64,000 nucleotides of DNA, taken from assembly GCF_037042905.1 (NCBI RefSeq), contig NC_087253.1, positions 19,282,001 to 19,346,000 on the forward strand, written 5' to 3'. This stretch comes from Lytechinus pictus (taxonomy: Eukaryota). Positions 51,043-63,946 of the stretch are shown piece by piece (positions within the stretch are counted from its first letter, which is position 1; every line of letters starts with the position of its first letter). The notes below the pieces were generated by a model. That model ran no database searches, was not told where the DNA came from, and saw only the letters and a program-made list of their open reading frames with translations. Both the position numbers and the translations under genes were made by a program.

Positions 51043-51893
51043 GGGATGTTCTCGAGGACTTCAAAGATATCGATTTGAAAGACAGTACCGATGGTGGCAA
51101 CGCCGAATGGCACTTGGTTAAAACAATTGGTCTTCCAACCGACAAAGCAGAGTGGTTCAAAGCATGTTTGGCATTACCCGGGAACTGCGTGGCTGTTGGA
51201 TACAGATCCGGCGGTATCGATATCATCAACACCAACACTGAAAAGCGGGAAAGGATTCTAGACCACCTGAAAATCAGAAGTCTCACGCGGTTAAGAGATG
51301 GAACCTTGGTGATCTGCAACGACGACGTGAAGTCGGTCAAGATATATACATGCAAATACCGCGGAAGGCAGTCGGTGGCCAGGCCTTTGTACGCACTGCG
51401 GATATCTGGTACGCACCGGTCTCTGAGCATCGACCCACAGGATAACATATACATCGGACTACGTGGATTTAAAGAAATCGAGGTGGTGGACCCTGTTAGT
51501 GGGGCACGAACCAGGACCATTAAAACGGACGTGGATCCGTGGAGCATCGCCTTGATGCGGACAGGCAACATTGCTGTCACCAACTCGTGGAGAGGAAACG
51601 AAGACGCAGTCAGTGTTCTTGATCCTGGCGGGGACATCGTGAGTAGGATGCCAGGGGTGAAAGACGCCAGACAGTTCATCACAGTCGATTCGCGGGATAG
51701 CATATACGTGGCGATCAAGACAAAGAACGGGCAGGTGAAGATTAGAAAGTATACTGGCCATGTAGTTGAGGTCGTCACCGAAGGCGTGGACTCGGTTACT
51801 GAGCCACGTGAATGGATTCAGCTGACATGTCTTTCCCCAACTCAACTTGTGATGTGTGACGCTAAATCAATGTTTGTATTTCAGAAGTACTGA
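51043..51893 (+). CDS. Terminal exon encoding an NHL-like beta-propeller
   Basis: Strong acceptor ccttttattccttttacag|GG in phase with the DEATH exon; repeats SLSIDPQDNIYIG, PWSIALMRTGNIAVTN and FITVDSRDSIYVA resemble TRIM-NHL C-termini. Confidence 0.8.
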
Positions 51894-52499
51894 TAGCGAC
51901 TAATACAGTGAGTTTAACAAAAAGAAAACAAAACTTTACGTAATTTGTCACAAGTGCATTTAATGACTTTCGTGGTTAACATTATAGCACACAGCAAATG
52001 CATTGAAAATGCAAGTCAAATCACAACGAAAAGCTAGGAGGGCTATGTCAAAAATTGATGAATTGGGGCAGCTGATCGTCGCTAAGATTCGGAGCTGCCG
52101 AGAAAAATGTAAATATGTCATTTGTCTAGAGTCACAGACGACAGTACTGTATTGATAAAACTTCATTTTCATGAATTTTTTTTCCAATAGATTTTCTACG
52201 TTCCAACTAAAAACAAAATATCATACCAACAATCTTTATAATACAACCCCTGGTGGATTAGGACCACAGATATTACGGATTTTTCGTTCAGCTATGTACG
52301 GATGATTCAAGAACTTGGTAGGCCTAAATGTATTGTCAAATGCCCATCATGACAAAGAACAACGAGAAAGTCTTTGTCGAGAATTAATTAACAGCACTTT
52401 CCTCAAGGAGTAAACTGCTGGTTTGATTCAACAGTTTTCGACAAAGACTGCTTTGTTGTTCCTTGTCATGAAGAGCATTTGACACGCTGTTCAAGTCTA

Positions 52500-52990
52500 T
52501 TTCATTTCTCAACCCAATGATACAACATAGGAAAATAATTACACAGATATAAAATGATAACCATACAAATCAATACAAATGAATATACATTGCAAGCAAT
52601 ATGACTATACAAGAAGAGTAAATAAATGTTTATGGTAAATACTAAATAACGTGATAATCATATTAACCAATAACAGTATATGCAATGGAAATAGAACAAA
52701 ATGTATATCATTCTCGACAAAAAGCAAGGCTACCTTTATAACTCATTTTTTCAATAAAATAAAGTTGAGTAAATGGAGGGATCCACTGAAAAGCAGGGCT
52801 TGTTGAGTGTGGATCCCTGAAAGGATTGATCAAAGATTTGTAGGTACAGGTATAAAAACGAACATGAGAATGAGAGAGAGAAAAAAAAGAATAAGGTTGA
52901 TGTGATGGTCTTGAATCCTCCATTCGTTGCTGAGCGAAAAATCATCGGCAGAGAAAAATCTAAATAACAGTTGAAAAACAAAATTTATCG
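52500..52990 (-). mobile_element. LINE 3' UTR remnant with stem-loop
   Basis: Minus strand AGGGATCCAC-actcaACAAGCCCTGCTTTTca-GTGGATCCCT at 52777-52818. Confidence 0.55.
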
Positions 52991-54417
52991 TATGGTATAT
53001 CGTTCGTAATATTTTGAAATAGCCCAGATTTTTACCATTCAGAGGCTTTCTATGAAAAAAAAATCAATGCCAGACGTCTAGATTGTTATTTTGTCAACTC
53101 CATCTGACGTATGATTTTTTTTTTTCAAACGTAGCTCAGAATTGAAACGATCGTTAAGAAGAGCCAGAAGTTTACTCAAAATGGCATCGTTATATCGCCT
53201 CAAATTCTCCCATTCTTCCAAATTGCATTCTATGGTGATTGTAACTGTTAGGTATGTAAGTATATAAGTACGATTAAACTATGATGTGCTTTACACCATT
53301 TCATGGTACCGTGTCATAAAGACCTGTCAAAATAACAAAAGAACAATTTATATAACAAATTAACTACCGGTCAATTAGAATTAAGGGATTTCAGAACATT
53401 TAGCTGTTTAAGGAACGGGTCCCAGAGATTAGAAGGGGAGAATTTTATGTAATAAAATTAAAAAAACGGTGGGTGTCGTCATAGTTTTCTTCATTTACAT
53501 ACGGACCCGTATTGTGCTGATCACTGATTTGAGAACTTAAACTTATAATTTCTTATTTGACATCCCATTCCTTTAAAAATCATTTTATCTCGGTTTGTTT
53601 TGAATTCAAATCAACTTTTTGTTGTTGATGATGGACCAGGCCACTAACTTCATTTTTTTTTCTTTACCGAATGCAAGTTTCCATTTTTAATATAATCTTT
53701 AAAAATACCATGTTGCAATTCATACAAACACTAAAATACAACAACGAATTATTTACAAATATTTATATGACTAAAAATTGTGCAATTAAATATTACACAT
53801 ATTTTGATATTTACACAAATGGGATTTGTTAAATATGCCTGTAAGAATATATATATAATGTACGTATTACATTGAGCCACTAATATTTGTCTTAGGTTAC
53901 TTCTAAAATTAAGTAATTTGAGAGCATTATACGTGTACTATAATCGGGGAAAACTTATGATGATCACATGAGACTAATTTGCCCAATCTTGATAATGCAG
54001 AAAAATGTGATTTCTTACATGAATTTGAATTGTGAATATAAAACCTTTACACAAAACGAATAAGCATACCATTTACAATAATATTGTAAAAATGATTTGC
54101 AGAGCACATAAGTCAATCTTGAATTACTTAATGAAACGCTGTAAACGCGGTAAACGAGAAATCTTCATATCAACAATAATAATAATAACAGAACGTTGCT
54201 TGTATAGCGCATATCAGTACCCATAGTTGTGGTTAATTTACTAAAAAAAATTATAGAAATATATCAATGACATAATGTTGCATATCGAAATGGTATTTAA
54301 CGTCCCTTTAGTAACGAAAACAAAAAATGGGTCAAGACAGTAATATTTAGAAATTCTTTGAATTGAAATATATTATAAATTTTGGCGTTGTAGTCTTTCC
54401 ATAGTTGCGATTAATAG

Positions 54418-54585
54418 CAGGGGCCGCGAAAGCGGGGGGGGGGGGGCTGGGGGGCTTCAGCCCCCCCACTTTTTTCCAAAACCGTGTACAAAAACGTAAA
54501 AATGACCATATGATTGTGATGATCAGCCCCCCCCCCCACTTTCGGCTCAGCCCCCCCCACTATGAAAACCGTTCCGCGGCCCCTG
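54418..54585. mobile_element. Short CAG-terminated MITE with 5-bp TSD AATAG (hAT5-like)
   Basis: CAGGGGCCGCG ... CGCGGCCCCTG; AATAG at 54413-54417 and 54586-54590. Confidence 0.78.
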
Positions 54586-54680
54586 AATAGGATCAATCTT
54601 TGTGAGACGAAGACGTACCTATCTTTATGAACATCTTTACGACCTGTTGCGTGATTATCATGCCCTTCAATGAATCCTGA

Positions 54681-54950
54681 ACCCCGTCTTACAAAGAGTT
54701 CAGATTGATCCAATCAACCACAACTATGGACGGCCAGCAACGTCAACGTCTAAAACACATGTTTGTTCAAAATATGTTCTAGATGTGATGTATCTTCATA
54801 CATTCACTGTTTTCTTGACAGTTCAGTATGCTTCTTTTTGTTTTCAAAGGACATTGTGCCAATTTCCTAAAGAAAAAATTATGACATTGATGGATTTCCA
54901 TATACTTGAGGTTGATTGGATCAATCGTAACTCTTTGTAAGACGGGGCCC
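54681..54950. mobile_element. MITE with long TIRs
   Basis: ccccgtcttacaaagagtt..gattgatccaatcaacc / ggttgattggatcaatc..aactctttgtaagacgggg. Confidence 0.75.
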
Positions 54951-55134
54951 ATTATACAACCGTGAATTGGCTGGAGGCTATGTATGCTTTTTTGCACGGC
55001 GACGTACTGGAGATTCAAGAACATAAAAATACGTATTGTCAAAAGCCCTTCATGACAAAGAACAAAGAAGTCTTTGTCGAATATTGGTGAATCAAACAGC
55101 TATTTATTAATTGAATCTAGACAAACGAAATATT

Positions 55135-55299
55135 GAGGGGCCGCGGAAACGGGGGGTGGGGTGTTGGATGGGCTTCATCCTCCCCCACTTTTCTTCAAAT
55201 AACGTGTACAAAAACAAAAAAAATGACCATCCGATTGTGATTGTTTGCATGGTTTGAACCCCCCCAAAAAAAACTTTCAAAACCGTTCCGCGGCCCTTG
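55135..55299. mobile_element. Second copy of the 5-bp-TSD MITE (TSD ATATT)
   Basis: gAGGGGCCGCGG ... CCGCGGCCCtTG; ATATT on both sides. Confidence 0.72.
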
Positions 55300-55472
55300 A
55301 TATTTGCAATTTTTCGTCAGCTCTGAAACTGCTGCTCTGGTTCACCAACTTTCGATAAAGACCTCCCAATTTTAATATACTCATTATATTCTTAAATCCT
55401 AGCGAACAATCCCTAGTTTTCCAGGTACGCACGCCCTTACAATTTTGCATGTTAAAGAAGAGGTTACGACGG

Positions 55473-56840
55473 TCAAATCTTTTGACGACAGATGATCTTG
55501 ACAATGGTGTGTCGAAACAAGGGCTGAGCCATGGCGTACGCCAAGGGGTTGACGAGACTGTTACTGAAGGCGACCCAGCGGCTGATCTCTGACAGCCTGA
55601 CTTTCTTGTTGATGTAGTGGGAGAAATCTGGAAAGAGGGCGTACGTGGTGACTGTCACGGCTGTTGGTAACCAGGTCACGATGAAGACAAAGACAATGAA
55701 TGTCAGGGTCCGCATCGCTTTCTGTCCCTCGGCTCTTGATTCTCGTTGAGGTTTGTTTGTAATTTGGTTCTCCAATGCCGCCAACCTTTTGCCACCATGT
55801 GGCACAACTGCCAGTGAGACATTTTTAGGTTTGCCATCTTCAAGAGAGGCGCGGCTTTCAGTTACTTTGTCATGTTTGTCGTTTTTTATTATATTTCTGG
55901 ATGATTCGGACTTCTCGACATTTTTGGACATTCCTGGTAGTGCAAATGTCTGATCAATATCTGTCGGCCCTTCTTCTAAACTGGCTACAGTTGCAGTGCT
56001 CGATTGTTCGTCCGTACAAACGGAACCAGTAACCGAACTCTCCTTTTCATTGGTCTTTTTCTTTTTCATATATTTCGTGAGATGCTTACTACCTATGTTC
56101 TTGACCCGGAAGTATATTCTTATGTACAGGCCGGTCATGATGACGAATGGCAAGCCGAACCGGAGGGCAAACATGAACAAGGTAGACGTGTAGGTGAGGG
56201 AATAGTTAGGTCTAGAGAAACCGGAGGATGTTACAAGGTTGTTGGGTTGGATGAAGTCCCACGCCGTGGACATCATCATCCAGAGGCCAAAGGATGACAC
56301 CCAAGTAAAGACATTCACCGCTGTAGCCTTGCGGATACTCTTTTTCTGGTAGTGCTGAATGGGATAGAAGGTCGCAATGTACCTGTCTATGCAGATCGTC
56401 ACAACGCCACAAATGGACACACCCAGAATAGAGTTCTGAAACCCCATGAAGAAAATACTTGCCACCTTGCCGAAGGGCCATCCGTCAAAAAGATGAACCA
56501 TTGACCGGATCGGCATGCAGAGGAATCCGACCGCAAAGTCCGCAATGGTCATGTTCAGGATAAAGTAGTTAGTGTACGTCCGCAGTTTCTTTTCGACGTA
56601 AAATGCAGCCAGTATCAAGGAATTGGTCAGGACGGTTGATGCAGCCAATATCACGAGGATTAAGAAGGTGATGCTGAAAACAGGTCTGTTGGTTTCTTTG
56701 GGGGTTGTCCCTGTTTCGTAAAAGAGATCAGTGACCTCTGTCGTGTCAGTCGTCCAGATTGAAGCGTTGAAGGTGTCCATGTCGGCACCAACTGTTAGAT
56801 CAAGCATAAAAAGAACGATGTGCCTGTTATAGAGTCTCAT
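55473..56840 (-). CDS. Intronless class A (rhodopsin-family) GPCR, histamine H3/muscarinic-like orphan
   Basis: Seven hydrophobic segments; TNSLI, LRTYTNYFILNMTIADF, IDRY, LPF..Y.RIY, long ICL3, KAMRTL, TWLP, NSLVNPLAY. The true start may be a downstream Met (MDTFNAS, 56780). Confidence 0.93.
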   Translation of the reverse strand: MRLYNRHIVLFMLDLTVGADMDTFNASIWTTDTTEVTDLFYETGTTPKETNRPVFSITFLILVILAASTVLTNSLILAAFYVEKKLRTYTNYFILNMTIADFAVGFLCMPIRSMVHLFDGWPFGKVASIFFMGFQNSILGVSICGVVTICIDRYIATFYPIQHYQKKSIRKATAVNVFTWVSSFGLWMMMSTAWDFIQPNNLVTSSGFSRPNYSLTYTSTLFMFALRFGLPFVIMTGLYIRIYFRVKNIGSKHLTKYMKKKKTNEKESSVTGSVCTDEQSSTATVASLEEGPTDIDQTFALPGMSKNVEKSESSRNIIKNDKHDKVTESRASLEDGKPKNVSLAVVPHGGKRLAALENQITNKPQRESRAEGQKAMRTLTFIVFVFIVTWLPTAVTVTTYALFPDFSHYINKKVRLSEISRWVAFSNSLVNPLAYAMAQPLFRHTIVKIICRQKI

Positions 56841-59386
56841 ATCATCTTCAACGTATCCGAAAAGGCATTGAAACTTGTAGGCCTACGCTGTATTACAGTG
56901 GCATCAGAATGTTGTGTTCACACAACGGTTCGGTAGGTCGATCATACAACAGCTCACCCTTCATAATAATTGTCTGAACCCAGCATTTCAAAGCCACTGC
57001 TACAATACTGATATAGTTGTCTCAGTTTTTAGGCCTATCGATTAAGCGACCGCCAGGAAAATATGGTTTTCGACTGAGTTTAGGGGGGGGGGGAGAATTC
57101 TCCTTCCATTCGGATGCTCATCTTAGCCAGGTTGGAAAGGTTTTTTTTTTTTTTTAATTATGAATGAATGGATTCAATTTAAAATAATTAAATTGAATTT
57201 TTTTAATGCACCGTATCATCATATTCGTTTCACTCTCCTTACACATATGCCTGTTTTGAAACATATTTCTTTCGCTGGTAAAGCGATTTAGCTGGGTCTA
57301 TGATATTACAGTTATTGTCATCCACCCCCCCCCCCCTATAAAGAAAAGATATCTCTGGTAGGCAATAAATCATTATCATTTCTTCTGAGAGCTGATTATA
57401 CGTTACACATGATTTGTATGTCTACTCTAGCTAGAATATGGAGAGTATTTCAGAGAAATAAAATATGAAATTTTCAAACAGCATGAACACCATTCCATCA
57501 CCCCAAATAGTTAATGGTAAAGCGCTTGATATTTTACCTTTAATAGTTGTTTGTTCAAACCGAAGTACTGTACGAACTGTTTTGGAACTACGTGGTCAAT
57601 TCTGACTAGAATGCCACTTGTCTTACCAGTGGTACCCTTCTGATTATATTTTTAAAGTAATTTTACTTAATTGATATTAGAGTGATAGTTGCATCCCTTG
57701 ATGTATCAAACAGAATGTAATCTATATTTCAGCATTAATCACGCAAGAATTCTTGGTAATCACAGAATCATTTGCTATGTTAATGTCATTCAATTTTTTA
57801 TGCATGGTTTGTAAAAAAAAAAAAAAAGTAAAACAAACAAATCAAATAAGATCAATAAAAATCTAAGTTATTGTCAAGACACCACTTAAGAAAAATGTTA
57901 CCACTGTCCGTTTAAATGGAGATTAAAAGTAAAGAGTGCTCAGTAGGACTTATATCAAAACCTAGCATCGATTATACAGGTTTGCTATGTTATTAACGCT
58001 TAAAACGTATTTCAGATATTTATTGTAATTAGAGTAAGATGCCAACTTACCTGCGTAGGCCGATATATTGATGGAAAAACTTCAAGATTTTAAAACGGAA
58101 TGAGATACAGACTACACCAGAACGACTGCTGTACTGGTCCGTCTTCCTATTGAGTGTGGAAAGCAGTTATGCAAGCCATCTGCACCCCGACATCATCTTA
58201 TATACAGTGGAGGTTCCAAGATGGGGTTTCATAAAGCCATTCGCAAAGTTAGGCATTACTTTACGTACGACTGGAACAATAAACTATTCCAATTATGCTG
58301 CTCGTCATGATATGAATGATGTAAATCATTTAGAACAGAAAGGATTGCTGCTACAAAGTCATTCGTAACTTACGAACAGTTTAATTTAACTTTGTTTAAA
58401 TAGTCCACATATTTAAAATCCGCCTTACGCACGCACAATACGCGCACACGCACCCTCTCCTACCCACATAACCTACTCACTGTGAGCAAGGTGGAGAGAC
58501 AGGCTCAAATCCATATACACTATGAAAGGATTATCCATTCTCAAATGCTTTTTTTTTTTATATCCCTCAGTCTGAACTAATTCAATCAAGACGACTCCTC
58601 TACAAAGTGAGTAAGCGACCTACCTCAAATTTTTGTTATTTGCCTGCGAACAGTGCATACTTATTCACGTTTTTACTTCAAATAATCGCTTATCGATTTT
58701 ATCGGGTGATCGCTTATCGATTTTTAACGACGTTTATTCTCGCTTTTAAGAAAATTTGTGTTTTTCTGTATTTTTTTTTTCTCTCAAGGTTAATGGGGGG
58801 GGGGGGGTCCATGTTAAAAAACTTCGAGATTTTTTTTTTTTTTTCATTTTAAATGTTTGTCAGAAAACCATGAGCGAAGATTATATTCTGAATTTTTGTA
58901 AAATAAGAAGTTGGTTTATACAGAAACATTGTGTTCTCATTTCATTCTCATCTTTTGGTTATTTTATGTGACTTTCTGAGAAAATAAGGAATTTGTGACT
59001 TTGTCAATATGTTGTACTAACTACATAGAGAAGCAAATATTGGTATGTACACTTGAATCTATTCAATTACTGATATTTCTGGAGGTCACTGAGTGAACAT
59101 ATATGTACTACCTTCTATACCAGGGTCTGCTCTGGTCCCACTTACTGTTTCTTGCGTGGTGGGAGAATAATCTGATCATCTAGCTTCTGCATACTGGAGA
59201 GTTGAGCTGAGGTTACAACTGGGGTACATATATACTGTTCGAGACTGAGATATACATTGTATATCCAACAATAATACCCCACCAATATTGTTGTCTTCAT
59301 GCCTAATCTTACCTACTTACTGGAAGATAATCCATTGTTCGCTGGCTGTACTTACCTACCCACTATTATCTGGGTTTACAAGCATC

Positions 59387-62300
59387 ATGACCCGCTCAAA
59401 AGGAAAGAGAGATGTTAATGCAGGTCACTCAAGTGATTATCCGGAAATCATTGATCACATAAATGAAGAAGTGAGAGACTATTTCAATAGTCAAGAGTTC
59501 AAGGATTTTTTTCAGTCATCACTCAATGATGCTATAAAAGAAGAGATGCAAAAATTATAGTATTCTGTGTCCATGAACATGTATATATTTTTTTTCCTAT
59601 TTTGTCAGTTGATGTTATTCACGAATATCACTGAGATTCAAGTGTATACCGCCTTGTTTCAAAAGTATTTGTTAACATGAATTATGTATTTTTACTTTTT
59701 TATTTCCCCCTTATTGTTGCATTTTGTTTAATTTTTCCAAGTTTAATTGCTCGTCTTGTCAACGCAAGCTTATTATATGATTTAATTTGTTATATGTATA
59801 ATATCAGAAGGCATCAAGAAAATTATTATGATTTGTGCTATGGATAATATTGATGGTTTGGATAATAGAATGATCCGTGCCGATAATAAGTATTACACCC
59901 CAAACGATTTTTCGAACTTAATGAATAATTACAATACTAAAGATACTTTAACAATGCTTTATTTTAACTGTCGAAGCTTGAGACGTAATTTTAGCAGGTT
60001 CTCAGAATGTATTAATTGCTTTAAGAATTATATTACAGTATTTGGTATATCTGAAACATGGCTTAGAGATAATGAGGAACAATATTATAATATACCAGAC
60101 TTTTCTTTTATTACTAGTAACCGTGATAACAAGCGTGGAGGTGGAGTTGGAATATATGTAAATAAAAATCTTAAATTTAAAAGGAGACCGGATTTAGACA
60201 TTTTCCAAAATTGTATAGAGAGTTTATTTATTGAAATCCACATAAGATCAATATGTTTCATAGTTTCAGTCATCTATAGACCTCCTAGCCAATCATTAAA
60301 AGATTTTTTAGAAACAGTTCAAATACCTTTAAGCAAAATCTCAAGTGAGAAAAAACAATGTATTATCATGGGGGATTTTAATGTTAATCTGATGGACCTA
60401 GATTTAATGTCATGTAATCATGATTTTGTTAATATTTTTTCTACCTTTTCATATTTTCCATTAATTAATAAACCCACAAGGATAACAAGTAATTCGGCAA
60501 CAATATTAGATAATATATTTTATAACCAACCTGAAAGTGTCGTAGAAGCTAATATCATTACAACAGATGTCAGTGATCACCTAACCCCTTTCGCCATAAT
60601 TGAAGGTCCTTTAATCTCTAATAATTCAAAGACCCATTACCCTATAAGAGACTTCTGTGAAAAAAATATGATTACATTTTGTAGAAAATTACAGTGTGTT
60701 GATTGGACATGTTTAAACAATACAGAAAACGTTGATGAAGTTTATGATATATTTTTAGACATTTACAAAAAACTATATAATGAAAGTTTTCCAATAACAA
60801 ATGTTAAAATAAAAAAGACATCTACAGAAAGGTCATGGTTTAATACGGATATCAAGAAAATGTGCAAACGAAAATACTTTTTATATAAGAAATTTTTAAA
60901 GAACCCAAATTCCTATAGAGAGAATGTATATAAAAGTTACAGAAACATGGTCCATAGCTTCATTCGTAAAAAGAAGCGTGAATTCTATCATCATAAATTT
61001 GAAAATGTAAAACACAATTCTAGAGCGACATGGAAAATAATAAATAACATTTTAACAAAAAATAAGAATAGAGATGTTGATTATAGTATTGAAAATAATG
61101 GAGAAGTGACCGATAATCAGCAAGAAATTGTAAGTGTATTTAATGATTTTTTTTAGTAGTATTGGTTCTAAAATACATGAGAGTACTAGAAATCTATCTC
61201 AAGAAAATAACTTTAAAAGGTTTATGAAACACAATATTTGTCATTCTATGTACTTTACGCCAGTAACAGAAATAAATATATATGATGTCATTTTGAAATT
61301 GGATGCGAATAAAAGCGCGGGTTACGATGATATTAGTAGTTAAATATTCAATTCATGCAATAGTTTCCCCTTTATGTAAAATCATTAATATGTCTCTTGA
61401 AAATGGTGTGTTTCCGAACTCTTTAAAACTTGCTAAAGTAACTCCTATCTTTAAGAATGGTAATAAAACACTAGTAACTAACTACCGACCCATATCAATT
61501 TTATCAGTTTTCAGCAAGGTTTTTGAAAAAATAGTATATGACAAATTGATAGCATTTATTTCAAAACACAACATATTATATAACAAGCAATTCGGTTTCA
61601 GAAAGGGATACAACACTGCTCATGCATTAATTGATTTAACTGAAAAAATAGCTAAGGAATATGAAAACAAAGCAATAACGATTGGTGTATTTTTAGACTT
61701 ATCTAAAGCATTCGATTGTATAGACCATAATATTTTAATTGATAAGCTATCATCATACGGGTTTAGAGGGACAGTATTGAAGTGGTTAATCAGTTACTTA
61801 AGAAATCGAAAACAATGTGTATGCATCAACAAAATTCATTCAGACTTTCAGGACATTAGAGTAGGGGTACCCCAGGGGTCTAACCTAGGCCCTCTTTTTT
61901 TTATATTGTACATCAATGACCTGCAACATGTAAGTAATATTTTAACTACTACCTTATTTGCAGACGATACAAGTTTATTTTTATCTGGTAAGGATCCCAT
62001 TCAATTAAATAATATTTTAAATTCTGAAATGGAAAAAGTTCACATGTGGTTCCAAGCCAACAAACTACAAATTAACACTAAGAAGACATCTTTTATGATT
62101 TTTAAGCCTAAAATAAGAAAATTGAAGAAAACTCCATAAAATTATATATAAATGATTTTGAAATTCAGAAAGTGCAATATACGAAATTCCTAGGTGTCAC
62201 AATTGACGATAGCATGAGTTGGAAACAACATGTAAATAATATTTCTATGAAGATTTCTCAAACCATTGGTGTACTTAATAGAATCAAAGGTGACTTACCA

Positions 62301-63212
62301 TTGCATATTCGTGTTCAATTATACAATACAATGATACTCACGCATCTCAGCTATTGCAATATCGTATGGGGGGACTGTGCAAATTATTTAAAGCTACAAT
62401 TATTTCGCTTACAAAAACGGGCAATAAGAATAATAACAAATTCCCCATATTTAGCTCACTCTCATCAATTATTCCGTAAATTAAAGATTCTAAAAATTTA
62501 TGATATACATACCCTTCACACTGCAATTTTTATGTTTTCATACTACAAGAATCAGTTGCCTGACACATTTAACAGTTATTTTAAAACAAATCGCAGTGTA
62601 AACAAATATAATACGAGAAATTCTGATAATTTATACATTCCTTTTTACCGCTTTTCTTTCTCAAGAACAGTCATAAGTTATAGTGGACCACTCATATGGA
62701 ACAGTTTGCCCCCTGAAATAAAAGAAAGTCCTTCGCTAAATTCATTTAAAGTAAGATGTAAGTCTTACCTTCTAAATATGTATACTTCACCATGTTCTCA
62801 GTGAATAAGCTTGCTTGCTTTTATGTGTATGTTTTTTAAACATATTTTTTTGTAATGTAGTTGTTATTTTTTTTCTTCAAATTTTTCATTAGTTTGTTGA
62901 TTTCGTTTATTTTGAAATGTGTGTTTCTTGCAATCTAATCAATTGATTGCAGGATGGTCTTTTTTCGGTAATGAATGTTAATCAGGGAGTAGCCTAGATA
63001 TGTCTATTTGGCTTTTGCTATTCCCCCACATCGCATTCATTACCCTATGTATTTTGTTATTTTTGTTCATTTGTCATTTTACAATATTCATTACTCCTTT
63101 ACTCCTTTACTATGGAATCATTTTGATTGATCTCGATATATTGTATCTTGTATGTTTTTTACAGATGTGAAATAAATGAATTTGAATTTGAATTTGAATT
63201 TGAATTTGAATT
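59387..63212 (+). mobile_element. Near-full-length L2/Crack-CR1-group LINE (ORF1 remnant + APE-RT ORF2, frameshifted)
   Basis: APE motifs NCRSL, ISETWL, RGGGVGIY, IYRPP, GDFN, PTR, LDNIF, SDH (59828-61156); RT motifs (61303-62804); (GAATTT)n tail at 63178-63212. The 5' UTR probably extends further upstream. Confidence 0.93.
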
Positions 63213-63640
63213 TAATACGGATGCCGGTGACCAAATATTTTGAATTCAGAAAGCTTGAATGGATACTCCAAGCTGAAAATAATATGATTTGAACAGATAC
63301 AGTAAAATTAGACAAATAAAACACTAAACATTCACTAAAATCGGACAAAGAATAAGAGAGTTATGTAATTTATTGGCATATGTGCGTTAAAACGGTGTTA
63401 TGTACGCCCTCATGAATTTGCATTGAGCAAAGTGACGATATTATATTATATCCTCGCTTTTTGTTTTTTATGTTTGAAATTATATTTATTCAATTTTTTT
63501 CCACCAAGAAATTAAAAAAAAAAGTGACGACTGATTTACTGCATAAAATATTCATTGATGCAACTTACTTAACTACAGGGGAGACATATTATACTCATAT
63601 GTATGAATTATCAAATGATTAGGATTTCATTTTTTTATCA

Positions 63641-63868
63641 TAATAATAATAATAATAATAAACAGTTCTTGCATAGCGCATATCACAATTGTGAATAATG
63701 TCTCTATGCGCTTCCCAATGACTTGGATATTATTACCCCAGCTGTAGTTTGGCAGCCGTAATTTCTAAGATCACAGCGCACACGCATTTCAAGGAATAAA
63801 TTCCTGCCAGGTACCCATTCACCTCACCTGGGTTGAGTGCAGCACAATGTGGATAAATTTCTTGCCGA
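63641..63868 (-). mobile_element. 5'-truncated SINE related to 11829-12216
   Basis: Shared ggtacccattcacctcacctggg..gagtgcagcaca core and (ATT)n tail. Confidence 0.78.
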
Positions 63869-63946
63869 AATGAAATAAGAAAGACGAAAATGGGGACAAG
63901 GCAGCGTCAACACACCATAAATATTCATCATGATCACGGCATGCAC

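Noticed and set aside
51014-51845. Antisense ORFs of 254 aa and 128 aa
   Set aside because: Shadows of the propeller exon, with no independent motif.
63178-63212. Telomere-like hexamer repeat
   Set aside because: (GAATTT)n follows AATAAA at the LINE end and is its tail.
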